Positions 12,201-26,000 of a stretch of DNA of 64,000 bases are shown here, in pieces. The position numbers and the translations under genes are program-made. The notes beneath the pieces are model-generated. The model ran no database searches and was not told where the DNA came from. It saw nothing but the letters and a program-made list of their open reading frames with translations. Source of the stretch: Tubulanus polymorphus (lineage: Eukaryota > Animalia > Nemertea); contig NC_134031.1 in NCBI RefSeq assembly GCF_964204645.1, forward strand, positions 6,324,001-6,388,000, read 5' to 3'. Positions within the stretch are counted from its first letter, which is position 1. Every line of letters begins with the position of its first letter.

Positions 12201-14287
12201 TTCCCCCAACCTCTATGAGGGCATCTTGATAAGTCAAGTTCATTTCCGACGCAATTAACTTCGTCGAGCCAGATCGGACCACTCCCAGTTCCGAACACGC
12301 CTCCGGAAACGGCTTGACCATATGCCGGACTAGAAAATAAAGAGATTCCTATATTATGGTCGAACTAAAGCCCAACGCGCACAACGCACTGAAACAGGAA
12401 ACATAGAAACATGGAATCAAACATGTTCGATTTCGGAAACATTGCTGCGCGCTTTGTGCGTTGGACTGAACACGCGCAATGGCGGCTCTGCATTTTCCGT
12501 CCGTGTCATTTTTCGAGGATTGTTCGCAAACAATTATTCATTTCAAACAATAATATTCAACATTACTAGTTCATATAAACATATTTTTCGTTAAGTTGCA
12601 GGATGGAACTCAATCGTATTAACTAATACGTATTACCTCGAGACTGGGATCTTCCAAACTAAAGCATTAAGATAACGAAAACAAAAAATTTCCAAAATAT
12701 GAAAAATATAAAATTTTGAATTTTGCAATAAGATATGCCCGATATCATATATTCTTATACTGAAAACGGAAAATGTAAACTTACTTGAAGCATAGCATTC
12801 TGCAGACAACTTGCGCATCGCTGTTACCCCAGAGATCATCGCAAACGGTTCCCCATTGATTATTGTAAAATATTTCCACTCTACCTTCGTAGATATTGCT
12901 ACCGTTAACGAGTCGAACGTTCTTGTTCGGATTAGAACCTGTGAATACAAGTAATGCAAGTTCAAAATATATACAAGATGAACGGCTAATGTGGAACAAC
13001 TGCTGTCAATCTAAAGTCCAAGAGCATGCTGTGAATATTATATCAATTCATAAGAATATAGGATTTTACAATAGCGTCCTTAGGACGTATCTACAAAAGA
13101 AAAGATTTTTGGAGGTTAATTCCGAGTTTGTAACTAAGTCACTACGTCAACTAAATCCACTGGTTAACTCTAACCAACTTTTGAGCAACTGGTCCCACGT
13201 CGCTTCCTTTTAATTTATCAAATATACTTACACGTAACGAGGGGTAATGTAACCATACTGGGCGGGGTCGTGGTCGGAGTGGGTTGATTTATCTTTCTAC
13301 CCGTGCATTTCACGCCGATATCCTGCGCGTGCGTACAAGTGGAAGTCTGCCCGAATCCGTTGTGTTGACAGTTGGCTAAAGTTCGAGCGTTATTTGAACA
13401 ATCCAATTGCGTCATCCAAATAGGGACATTCGCGCCAGCGTCGGTCACACTCCCGGGAGCGATGTATTCTGCTTTTGCGGTATCGCTAAAAATGATTAAA
13501 AGACTTTCAACTATATTCTTCTCCAGCACGTTTTTGTAGAGCTTTTCACATCATCAAGTCTTTATATGTGATTGATTATCAGTTCGTCTATCCGTCTGTT
13601 TCGTAAACCTTCGGTGTTGATAGGTCGTAAAAAATTAGGTTTCTCAATGTGCGTTTTAACAACTTGAGACAAATGAATATGCTTCATGCTTCTTTCAAAA
13701 CGAATTTGAAGCGAACAAATACCTACGATGACCTTACGATTTTGCGCGTTTTCGGGGAGAACAAAAAAAAATTTTTACATGTCCCGAATCAGCCACCATA
13801 GTGTCTCTATGTTTCTTTGATTTGAAAAGCCCAGCATTCGTGGATGGATTCATAATCGCTATACACTTTCAGTTAAACTGGTTAGAAAAAAAATGGAAGA
13901 ACTTACTCGTACTGCATCATGCGACATACGACAGTCGCAACGACATTGGGATTTCGTAGATCACTACAGACGGTTCCCCACTGTCCACTGTTGACGAGAT
14001 TTGGTCCTGTTACTTGGATCTCAACGCGTCCGCTCTCCGATCCAGCCGTTGATATACCTCCAACCAATCTCACATCGGTTATAGTATTCTCTGTCATTAT
14101 TCAAGAAATGTAACAATAATCGATTATTTTAGAATATTTGGAATGGGATTTTTTTTACTTTATAATATGGTATATTCAAGAATTCAAATGTGTGGTTGTT
14201 TGTTTCGTAATACTTACGGCCATGGGACGTCACTATCAGACAACTGACCACAATGGCAGTGATAGTGCAGATTACACCAGGAACCAT
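9288..14287 (-). CDS. SRCR-SRCR-ZP domain protein (DMBT1-like), probably GPI-anchored
   Basis: Exons 14287-14218 (signal peptide [23 protein letters not shown]), 14090-13907, 13485-13232, 12938-12785, 12329-12127, 11905-11709, 11127-10736, 10227-9845 and 9385-9288 join in frame. SRCR motifs VRLVNG..EGRVE..WGTVCDD and [10 protein letters not shown]; ZP motif [13 protein letters not shown]; furin site RRKR; hydrophobic C-terminus [12 protein letters not shown]. Confidence 0.9.
9574..9706. mobile_element. Harbinger-like palindromic MITE
   Basis: Imperfect inverted ends gggtcggttgcatagtc ... gactatgcaactggccc. Confidence 0.55.
10327..10500 (-). mobile_element. Penelope-like element fragment
   Basis: [31 protein letters not shown] resembles the helical region between the RT and GIY-YIG domains of Penelope-like elements; intronic. 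Confidence 0.6.
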
Positions 14288-14643
14288 TGCGATAATATCA
14301 GACTTCAACGAAAAATTTGCTCTATAAGGGAATAAGTAATATATGTAAAAAAACAACATCAAAATAGCAACTTTTTAAGTACCACATTTCGGAAGTCATC
14401 GATTGGGATTTAAAAGGAAGCCTTCTGTGTTTATGTACCAATGGATGGATAGTTTGATTTCTTTAAATTTATAAAAAAGAACATAAAGAACATAAATGAG
14501 TACGTCGATATTCGTGCATATCACGTAACAGTGTCTGCTATAGTTAGCCAACAAAATACCTATCTGGACATAGACTTGCATTTATTCACGTAGGCCTATA
14601 ATATACGACCGTTTTTAATGAATCTCTAAACATCAGCCGGTTT

Positions 14644-14901
14644 GAGTCTGAGATGATACATAATATCCGTGTAAAGATGAATAAACGAGAGAAATCCCAC
14701 AATAATTCAGCCACAAAGATTTTAGGTTCTTGAGTAAAAGGTTTATATATTTGAGCAACGTTTCGGCTAAAGACTATTTGTCATCGTACGCCTGTTGATG
14801 GCTAATAGTCTTTAGCCGAAATTTGCTCAAATGTTTTACACTCTATTCGAGAACATTTCATATCGTTGGCTGAATTTTGTGGGATTTCCCTCGTTTACTT
14901 T
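14644..14901. mobile_element. Palindromic MITE family A (copy 2)
   Basis: aacgagagaaatcccacaataattcagcca ... tggctgaattttgtgggatttccctcgtt inverted arms. Confidence 0.7.
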
Positions 14902-15867
14902 ACTGCTATACTTTAATCAGCCAGTTTATTTACGAATCATTATATACACATTTAGATATCATTCCAGGAATATAGACCAACTGCTTAAATACGTTAAATT
15001 GAACTACACCCCCGCGATTAATTAATTCCCATTCTATTCTACTTATTCAGTTTCGTGACGAACGCCATAAAATCACCTGAACACAATACTTACTAAACTG
15101 TGTACGTATATAAAATGAGTTTTACGATGTGTTACCACAGCAAATCTTACCTTATCTACGGAACATTAGTCCATTAGTCATATACTGTTCATATCTGAAA
15201 TATTGTGGAAAATAAGACGATTTTTACCCACACGTATTCCCTATAGACTATAATGGTATATTTGATACGTACCGACTACGCGCGGTCGGAACGCTGTAAC
15301 TATGACAACGACGACAAACAACGCGACACGAAAAAAGGGCGGGTGCTGTCAACAACTCGTACGCTGTGTCACTAGTGCTGATATCAGGAACGAACTGGAA
15401 TCGATTTATATCTATTATCATTGAAGATAATGCATTGAACACCGCAAACCAGGTATTGAAGCACCGGTAGGCCTATAGACGTCAAATATTCGAGAATTCC
15501 TTTGCGCTCGTTTTCCTTCGCTTTTGTTTCAATGGAAGCCGTTCCAAATGACGGACTATACTGAATGGAAATAACTAGGCCACCAACAGCGCAGACGTTT
15601 TATATTCTAAAAAAAAACTACCGATTCAGTTCAGGTAAGTGATATTTATAGACTCGCTGCTAAGCAGTACTGTTAGAGAGATTAGCGCTGTAACGTATTG
15701 CCTAATACACAGCTGAGCATCAAAATCAGCGCCGACGGATTGTCTTAATCAATGTAATTAGCGATTCGATATAAACCGGTAACTCTATACGTGTGACTAC
15801 ATTATCAGGTATGTCGTTATTAGTATATCTCTTGCTGCGCTAGGTTCAGATATTTACGTCGCCCATA

Positions 15868-15967
15868 TCTTTTGCAACGGATTGTCTCGGCAAAGGAAAG
15901 GCATGGCCGTGTATCAGTCTTTTGCAACGGATTGTCTCGGCAAAGGAAAGGCATGGCCGTGTATCAG
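15868..15967. repeat. Perfect 50-bp tandem duplication
   Basis: tcttttgcaacggattgtctcggcaaaggaaaggcatggccgtgtatcag occurs twice, at 15868 and 15918. Confidence 0.95.
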
Positions 15968-17036
15968 TGAAAAAGCCGAGAGGGAGTGCGAAGATCGGTA
16001 AATAAAATCAGCACCACCACCGATCATAAAGAGCCTATTGCTGATCGAATATTTGAACTGCGAAAAAGCTAATATCTTGACGATGCTAATTAATCAATCT
16101 ATGAATTTATTCATACGTTCGAACACTGAATAGCGAGATTCATCAGTAATTATTCCAAAAGAAGCCGTCGTTATTAAAGCAGGTCGAATTTGCATCCACT
16201 TAAGAATGCGTTAGGTCCATTGATATAGAAATAAGGCGAAATAAGAATTTTTTGTCTAGAATTAGCCTAAACAGAAAACTAAAACGTAAAACATTTTTAA
16301 AAATCTAACATTTTTGGCCCATCTGTGGTTAATTAGAAAAGATGAGCATAGATATTGTATAGTATCAGCAGATGAACTTGGTACGAACCAAATTAGATTT
16401 TAATGTTTGCAAACCTAAAGACACGTACATTCATTTAGAAATAAGCCATTTAGGCTATGTATATATAACTATAGTAAATGGTAGACCTACTGTATGCTGA
16501 AAGCGTTAAAAACAAACTGGTTGGTGACCCGGACCGGTATCCTCGGCCTATAGGACATACATTCTCTTAGTTGTTTAAATCATTTCTACTCTGATATCGC
16601 ATTTACGTATGTAAATAGATACCATGCATATTTATGTGCATGTTATTCAAACAGATACGGTTTGCAATACAGACCGCGAAAATGATGATCTAAGGTTTTA
16701 AAAATGTTTGCGGACAAAGTATTTCAATAGATTATATAAATTAAAAATACTTAGCTGAGTATTTCATTGCCCGTGGACAAACACTTTTGTAGAAGGTATA
16801 ATAACATTTATAGAGGTTACGTATACTAACCTCTCGATGAAAGGTCAAGTATAGTGTATTGCATAGATTGAGGGGTATTCTACCTAATTGAAGCTTTTCT
16901 TCAAGATGTCTAAAATAATTGCTGGCCAACAATCGTGGCCGTTGTGTTCATGACCCTAAAAAGACCTTAGAAAGCCCACTCATGCATGCTGCACTTTCGT
17001 TATGTTTTAGGTTTATATTCAGTGTGAAATGAAACC

Positions 17037-20000
17037 ATGAAATATTCTCTATTCTTTCTGACAATTTCGTTTGTTGGATTAGAGCTTCTACCGTTGACAA
17101 ACCAGCAAGGTAAGTGAAATATGCGCGTTTTTTTGGGTTAAAATGCAACAGTTGTGGTTTCACAATGAATGAACTTCAATAGTTTATACTCCATCATTCA
17201 ATGCATTATGTAATGATTATCTGAGAATCGGCTTATTTCCTCCTAATACAACATTGACCAATAAGCCTTTTTACAGTTTCCAGGCGCCACATGTTTGGGT
17301 AACCGCCGGGTCTGCATTGTTGAATTTTTCGTCCCTATTTCTCTCCGGTTTAATTTTTTTATTCCGTTCATATCTCTGGATTGGATTAAGATAGAAACAA
17401 AGTAAAAGTATCGATGAACTCAGCTGACAATTAAACGTCTGTTTTGCTTTTCCAGCCACCTGTCCACCAGGAATATTTGGTCCACGGTGTGAGTTGCAGT
17501 GCCATTGTTCTGGAGGCAGTGTTGAAGATTGTACTCCGGATGGCCGTTGCATTAGTATGTTGTGCGACTTTGGATGGGGAGACCCACCATATTGTCAAAA
17601 ACGTAGGTATTTTGTTTCAGAAGTATGCGCCCGCTCTTGTCTATTACATTTGCACCTCATACTACGATGTCCGTGGGGAAATTTAAATTCATCGCACTCG
17701 TATGAGGCCTCGAAATTAACCATTTGATAAAAACAATTCCATATTTACTTAAACATATTAAAAGACACCCAATAGAGAAGTTAATTGCACTTGTGGTCAA
17801 CGCCACCACACAATAGATAGCTCAGACGATGCATAGATAATGTGGACGAATTCAACTTTTAAAAAGTGGGAAATCATTATCGACCAACGTACTAAGCGTA
17901 TTTATTCACTATAGATATGAATAGGAAATCGTACATTTTACATCATATTACCGGGAGTTTCGTATTAACGTTATCGAACTAATCAGACATTTCTGTGTGG
18001 AAAATGCTACAAGAAAAGCTGGGAATTTTTAGATTCAACGCATAACTGAGTTTTGCGTTGTAAGCAGAATCGTACTAATGAGGTCCGACCATACACCGTG
18101 TCCTGGAGCGTGGGTCGTGTATGCGTTAGTCTTCACAAGACTCTCGTACGCCATCGGACGCTAAGGTTTTTGGTGAAGTTCATCACGTCATCATTCATCT
18201 ATAGAAATCTTTCATTTTCGTATGTTTTCGCACGACTGATTTCTAGCTTAGTAAATCCCTATTATATCATCTCATAATATCATACGAATTTCTGTATAGT
18301 ACCACATTAGTTTCACCTGTTCGACCGCTCCTGGTGTAAATCCTCGATTCATTCTATTTCATTCTTGATTCTGTTGTGTTTCAGCTTGCGATCAAGGCTG
18401 GTTCGGAGAGAGCTGTTTACTAGAATGTCATTGTCCAACCGGCGATAACTGCTCGAAGATAAACGGTCTTTGCGATTCCGGAAAATGTAACCCAAATTTT
18501 GGTGGTGCAGGTTGTCAAATACGTACGTATATGTTCTGTTGAAACGCAACGACGTATAAGTTACTGTATCAAAATGTACCAAATCAGGTCATTGATTTTT
18601 TCATTTATTTCAATCATATTATTGTAATTAAAAAGGAAAAAAGTGAACACAAGGCTAAAGAATTGATACCTTGTTTAACCGCACTGCTGAGCTTAAAAGT
18701 TGACCCGGCCGGCCGCCTATCTACCATGTATATTACTTTCTTAAAAATCGTGATCAATTTTACCAAAACAGACCCGGCAGCTATAGAAGTGAAGTGATTA
18801 CAAATTTTATTGTATTTTACAAAAATTATGCGGACGCTGCAGAGAAACAAGTTATCATTTTTATTAAGCCCGAATTATCAATTCTAGCTTCGTTGTAGTA
18901 GGTGTTTTTACAATTCTTAGATCTGCCGAAGATGGAAATCCCTCCGACGGTGGCCAATATAACCTGTGATACTGTGTGGCTCACGTGGAGAAAATGGAAC
19001 GACGCTCTCGACATGGGAGACAAACCGGTCGGCTGGTATCAGTATGTATAGTCAGAATAAATAGGCTCGAAAATCTAACTAGGCCTATAGGTTATAGACT
19101 CGACTCACATTTCGAGAAGTGAGAACGAGACGAGTGAGAGTTTGATCAACAATTAAACCCCGGAGTGACCCCCGAGTGATTGGACTCGCCGAGCTAGGTG
19201 CAAACTTGGAGTAATCAGACTGAAGTCTGATTACTTCAAGGTGCAAAGAAGCACGTTAATTCGACTAGTAGAGGGATCGAAATGGATGAAATACCGTACA
19301 ATTTAAAACGATGAATTACCAACAAAATACATCCCCGAAGTCTTCCTAGCTGTCGAACGAAAGCCTTTGACATTTTCACGGAAGTCCTGTAATGAGCAAA
19401 ACAAGATAGATCTATTATATGTTAGATGCTTTTTAGCCCACAGCGGGCTATTGCGTTCACTTTTCGTCCGTCGTCCGTCCGTTCGTCCGTAGACGGAATC
19501 AAGTTATTTTGGGAAGTTTTGAAGACGCTTCAAGGTAAATGTCTTGATATTTGGTCTATACATGTATCTACCCTAGACACATCTTCAGGCCAAAAACTGG
19601 CCCTATCAGAATCAAGATGGCTATTCAGTATTTCTATATTATATTTGTACCAATACATATTTTGTTACCCCAATCAATTACAAAGTTGTAGCTCATGACA
19701 TCGTCTATGATTGTGGTGAGTTTTAAGGAAATTAGTTATTCTATATGGTCACCAGGAGGTAGTGAATAGTAAGTAGAATAACCTTAGTATTTCCTTATTA
19801 TATTGGTACCTAGGCATATTTTGTTACCATGATCAATTGCAAAGTTGTAATTCATGACATGTTCTATGATTGTGGTGAGTTTCAAGGTCATTGGGTTTTG
19901 AATATGGTCACCAGGGGGCGTAGAATAGTAGAATAACTTAGAAGTATTTCCATATTAAATTCGTAACAAGGCATATTTTGTTATCACAATCAATTACAAA

Positions 20001-23000
20001 ATCGTAGCTGCTGACATGTTCTATGATTGTGGTGAGTTTCAAGGTCATTGGCTTTTGTATATGGTCACCAGGGGGTGTTGAATATTGAAATTGTTAGATT
20101 GTTGAGCATTTGAAACCACTTTCCAAGTGGGCATGGTGTCCCTGGACCCCTAGTTTAAGAAGAGTTTTCTAAGAAAGAAGGAAAACTGAATATTTGCAAC
20201 GCATTTCTAAATAAGAATTATAGATACGTCATATATGTTTATCACGATAAAATGAATTATCGCAAAAATTTCAATTTTGATCAGTAAATAGACGGAGTAT
20301 GACGCAACAAAGAAAATATGACCTGTGATAAGAAAGAATTAATCTATGACGTTTATCATAATACTTCATCAAAACATTTGACATTTTTTCGGCTTTAAAT
20401 ATTTGAACTGTCTAAATGATATATGCACGCAAAATATGAATGGATTTATATATCTCCATTGATTCCCAAACTGACGAAAAGTATTCCCTTTGGTCACGAT
20501 GACTCGCCTCGGCTCAAAAATAAAATATATTTTCGATCGAATTACCTCATTTTCTGAAAGTTCCCTGAAATTCTGGATCCAGCTCCACAGTCGTGAGTTA
20601 GAATCAACTCCGAGTTAGAATTTTTTCATTTTCAATTAGTTAACTTTTAATGAGTCAAATCCTAATTCTGTGGAACGTAGACTTACGAATATGCAAACGA
20701 TATGATAAATTATACGTTATTCTATGATAACGGTTCTTGTTAGGGAATCTATCTAGCTGAAAACGAAATTCATTTACGGTTGTTCTTGTAGGATTCTTTA
20801 TTCGGATTCGGTTGATACAACCATTCGCTCCAGCAGTATGATTCCAGAACCGACATTGCAGAACGTCACCTGGTCAACAAACGGACTGATCAAGGGCCGA
20901 CGATACACGTTCCAGATAAAGGTTTTCAGGAAAGATTTCGGCAAAGCTTTTCCAGGTTTGATCGGCCCAAAAACGGATGAGATTTTGCCCCAATGCCCGG
21001 GTAGATATTGATTTTTACTTTAAAAACATAACACGAAGATCATACATTCATTAATCATTAATTTCAAGATTTAAAAAAGATGCTTCGAACACTTTTGTAT
21101 CGCTATGGCGTTTCTTTTAAAGAAATGAAATATGATTTTCCCATACAAATTCATAATGGAGATTAAAATATGAAAGAATTGCCTGCCTTGATTTGGTGAT
21201 TTAATGAAGAAATTTCTCCCATGAACCTTTATCGTAGCTCAAGAGCCTGGAGTGGTCAATTCGGCAACTTATCAACAAATACCGCCAGACACCGCTAGAA
21301 TCACTTGGTCTGCTCCAACACTGCACCCAGAAGATGTTATCGGATACACAATTAAATATTACAGACACGGTAAATGAAGATTCTAAGAACGACTCAATAA
21401 GTTCCATATGAGATCAGAATTCGAATCACTCTTATCCGCATGAACTGTAGATGAATTAAGAACTCCCGCAATAGGACTTATTACAATAAAATCTTATCGT
21501 ATCGAAACCTAAACGAACGAAGGATACAATAACATATGATTTGCCATTTTATTCTTGGACAATTATACCTAAATGATAATAAGACAAGGGACAGCCATTG
21601 GTTGAGATACGAAATACATGGAAAATGGACATCGTAATATTGCGAAATTCTTATGTGGGATTCCTAATTCTTCATGTGAAATGTTTAGTTCCTACTACTT
21701 ATACATTTAAGGGTTTTTTGACTCGTATGAGTTGCATATCTGAACTGATCTCAAGTCATGTCTTAATCCTTAAATCAAAGCGGTGTCCTTCATTTTCGCT
21801 TTGCTTAAGTAACAAATCTTAAGTAACGCATTATTCTTCCATATATTCTAAATATCGATAGTCGTTGGAACCTGCAACACTTCCTATCCTGGTCGAGTGC
21901 TCTTCGTGAACACATTACCGACTGCAAGCGCAGCGAATCTAACAAACCTGCAACCGTGGAGCACGTATCACGTCGAAATTTTCGCTCAAGGCCGCGATGG
22001 TTTAAAAGGTGCTTCGACAAATATCAGCATCACTACTGACAAAGCAGGTACTTCGTAATTTCCTGTTGAATACCAGTGTTTTTTTCAAATAAGGAAAGAA
22101 TCATGTGTCTGAAGTTAGATCTAACGCATATCAGGTTTTCTTTTTTTTTGATTTTGTCATTGTTGAAGTCATTTGCTTGCATATCTGATAAGCTTAAAAC
22201 ACCTATGCTTTTCCTTCCAGCGCCCACCGGTCGAGTAAGAAACCTCCGTACACAACAGAAATCCAGTTCTACCATTACTATCACATGGGATCGCCCGGAA
22301 TGTATAGAAAGAAACGGGCCGTTCTCAAACTATCAAATCAAAGCATCGCATGCCACAGTGATGGTGGTAAATATTAGTTTTCTTTCATAGGGCTTTGACT
22401 AAATGGAAAATGCATTTTATAGGGGCTTGGAGAAAGAAAAACGGAGGTTATTTGTATTCAGAGGAAGTGCTCAGTACTAGGTTTGATATGTAGCCTGTAT
22501 GAATCTGACTTAAATTTCTGAGTTGGGATTGTGCGTGTTTTCATTTCAGATAGTAACGAGTCAGTCTTTCATGTATCAAAACCTACAACCGAGTACTGAC
22601 TATACATTCTCAGTGCGTTACGTGAATGCCGTGGGTCCTGGGCCTTTTAACAGCATTACCGAAAGATCGAGTGCCGATAGTAAGTGGATTTTATAGTTAG
22701 TAGGCTAAGGGATATTATATTCGATGAAATGAAAAGATTCGTAGAGGAGCCATTTTAACACGATGTCGAATCAGTAAAACGTAGTGACAGGGGGTAGGTT
22801 TTATGAGTGAATAAGTCAGCAAATGACCCGATGAAGCTGCCATGCAGTAGTAGCGAAAAAAATGTTAAATCTTGAATAAACTAGTTAATCTATCAGGGCC
22901 GTACGTAGCATTTGAATTTTAGGGAGGGAGGCAGAGAAATCTGAAAAAGGGTATCTATAGGATAATAATATTCGCAAAAAGGCACTTTTCCAATATTTCT

Positions 23001-26000
23001 GGAGGCAACAGCCCCTTTGCCTGCTAAATGCGGTCCTACCTACGAATTACTAGCTGTCTCTACGCTGTGATGAAAGAAATTAATGCAATCAGGATGAGTT
23101 AGTTACATGTTGCTTCTCTTTTACGCGTACCCTCTATCAGCTTCTACGGAGAATCATTTCTCTCTCGCCTTTCAATTTCAGCCTCAGCTCCCGGACCTGT
23201 ATCAAACATTCAAGCGGCATCACCAACCAGTAACTCTGTCAGTATTTCGTGGGATAAACCTGTCAAACAAGGAAACACTGTGACCAGTTACACCATACAA
23301 TATACCAAAATTAGTAAGTTCATATTTATTCAAGCAAATTTATTTTATAAGTGGTACCTTTTACAAATCCGTATATTGTACGTATATATTGTGCGAAATA
23401 TCCGTATATTTACTTAGGCAATAGATATTTATTATCGATGATCAAATCAGCTTAGATACTCGAAAAACCTGCATAACATTGACACGTTGATTGAAGAGAA
23501 TTGAAACAAAACCCCGGGCCCAGTTCCACAGTTGTGAGTTAGAGTTAACTCTGAGTTAAAATTAGTTCATTTTCAATGAATTAACTCCGAGTCAAATCAT
23601 AACTCCTGGTCTAATCTCCCACGTTCGCTCGCTTGGCTTAATCCATAATTGAAAACCCAAAAATACGCGTAATATAACGTACAGTGAACTAAAATATAGG
23701 TTATTTCCAAGTTTCATTTTAGTTAACTCAAGAAATGCAATAGGCTCGTGGACTGTATGTTAATTGACGTATTTTATTTTAGGTACAGGTAATTGCGACA
23801 CCACACCCGGCCCGCTGCAAACAACTAAATCTGCTAGTAATATGCTAGTCGCATCGTTAACTGGTTTGAAACCCTGGTCGACTTATAAAGTGCAGGTATT
23901 CGCTATTGGTGTAAACAATCAAGCAGGGACTGCTACGGAACTATTGCCATCTCCGAAGACACTTCCTGCAGGTACGTTGATCCAAGATATTAGCTTACGT
24001 ACTTTATTGTATGAATCCTTGACCTTGAAATATTGATGATCGTCTATGCAGTGAATTAAATATTTGCGCGGTTTCATATTTCGGATGATCCGAAAATAAG
24101 ATTTAATGACAATAGTATTGAAATACTATGCTGCATAAGTATATAGAAACACAATTTGGCCTAAGATGAAAATAAGGAAAATAATTGTTCATTAAAGCTC
24201 TATCAAATTTAACACAGTAAGCCAACGCAGACACACTCGATTAAGAATACCGTATCAAAGAAAATAATTATTTTCATTATTACAGTACCAGCGACGGGAG
24301 TGACCAATATAAGATCGACCGGTACGACTAATTCACAATTGAATATCGCATGGGATGACCCACCATGCGCGGATAGAAACGGTGCTTTCCGACGATACAA
24401 GGTAACATGGTCTGGTTTCTCAAGAGGTCAAACTCAATGTTTTCATTGGGAAAAATTAAAACTAAGTGGTTTTGGAAGCCATCCAAGTGAATGATCGATT
24501 ATCAAAAAATGAACATTGAACTAGTCGGCTTACCATCTGCAGCGATTAGAATAGCGACGTTATATGACAAGAATTTGTAAACGCCAGTATCAGTTGGCAA
24601 TCGACCAGCAACATTGCTATTATCATTATTGTTTATTTTCTGAAAATTATAGCAATTTATAACGAATAATATACAATAAATAGACTATGATGTTGTTGTA
24701 CTATTTCAATATGAATTATGACATAATCTATCAGAGGGGAAGATATCTGAATAGTAACCTACTGCAAACTTCATAGATACGCGGATCGTCAAAAAATTTG
24801 TATACATCAAACATCAAATCAATAGGAAAAAAAGCAATTCGTCATTCAAATGCGTTTTAAACGATTTTGATGGATGGCAGGGTTTTTAAATGTAGCATAA
24901 AATATAAACCATTACAAATTTTGGGATCATTTACTTTTAAGAAGATCTTTTTTAAGTCGATTTAAACTGTTCATATCGAATATTTCTACCGTCGTCGGTT
25001 TCTTGTGAGGTTACCTTTTGCTCATCTCTAGAAATTAAATATTTTCAGTTAATGATAAAACGTGGAGCGTCTCTGATCGTAGATGAATTTGTACAGATAA
25101 AACAGAAAATACAACCTGGTTTGCAAGCCTATACTGATTACATCATCCAAGTTGCTTACGTTAACGAAATTGGCGTGGGTCCTTTCAGTGAACAAATCCT
25201 AAAAACAGCCCAAGGAGGTAAGAGTGTGTTTTACAGCGTTGTACAGTGGAACCTCGTTATAGCGAACTTCACACCGGGATAAGAAAATATATTCGTTATA
25301 ACCGATAGTTCGTTATATCCAGTGTGTATTTAATCAAATTATTCTACTTGAGACGAAATTCAATATTCGTTATATATATCCGCTGAATCGTTGTATATCA
25401 TAGTTCGTTTAACGAGGTTCTATTTTATTTCTTAGTTTTACCCATGTTTATGAGAGACAAACTTACTTATTCTTCCGCAAGGCCTACATGGAACAGCTCT
25501 TAAAACCCATCGCTTTCGTTGGCAGACCCCATTGTTTTTTTACGCAACGGAATAAAGGTCTATTAATGTTTGTTTTCACCAATATTTTTAATTTTTCTCG
25601 TTAATTTCAGTACCATCTCCACCGCAGAATGTGCGCGCACGGGCTATCGGTGCCAGTAGAATCCGAGTAGATTGGACGGCGCCAAAAAATCCCAATGGCG
25701 TTCTGAAAACCTACAGCATCATCGTAAATGATGGCAATCAAGTCGTTCAGAATAATCCGGTTGCTGCAACGGTTACAAACAGCATTATCACCAATTTGCA
25801 ACCGTTAACAACGTACACTATAACGGTAAGGTTTCAAAAATATTACTGAACAGCTGAAGGTTTCAAAAGGTTCACAACTTTTAAGATTTTGTTAAATTTA
25901 TATGGCATATGCATCTAAGAAAAAGCGACGTCTGTTCTTCAAATACGATAGAGAAATTCCACATTATAATTCAGCCAAAGACGAAAAGTTCTTGAATAAA

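Noticed and set aside
12013-12321. 102-aa ORF from the track
   Set aside because: Wrong frame; the real exon (12329-12127) encodes the second half of SRCR domain 2.
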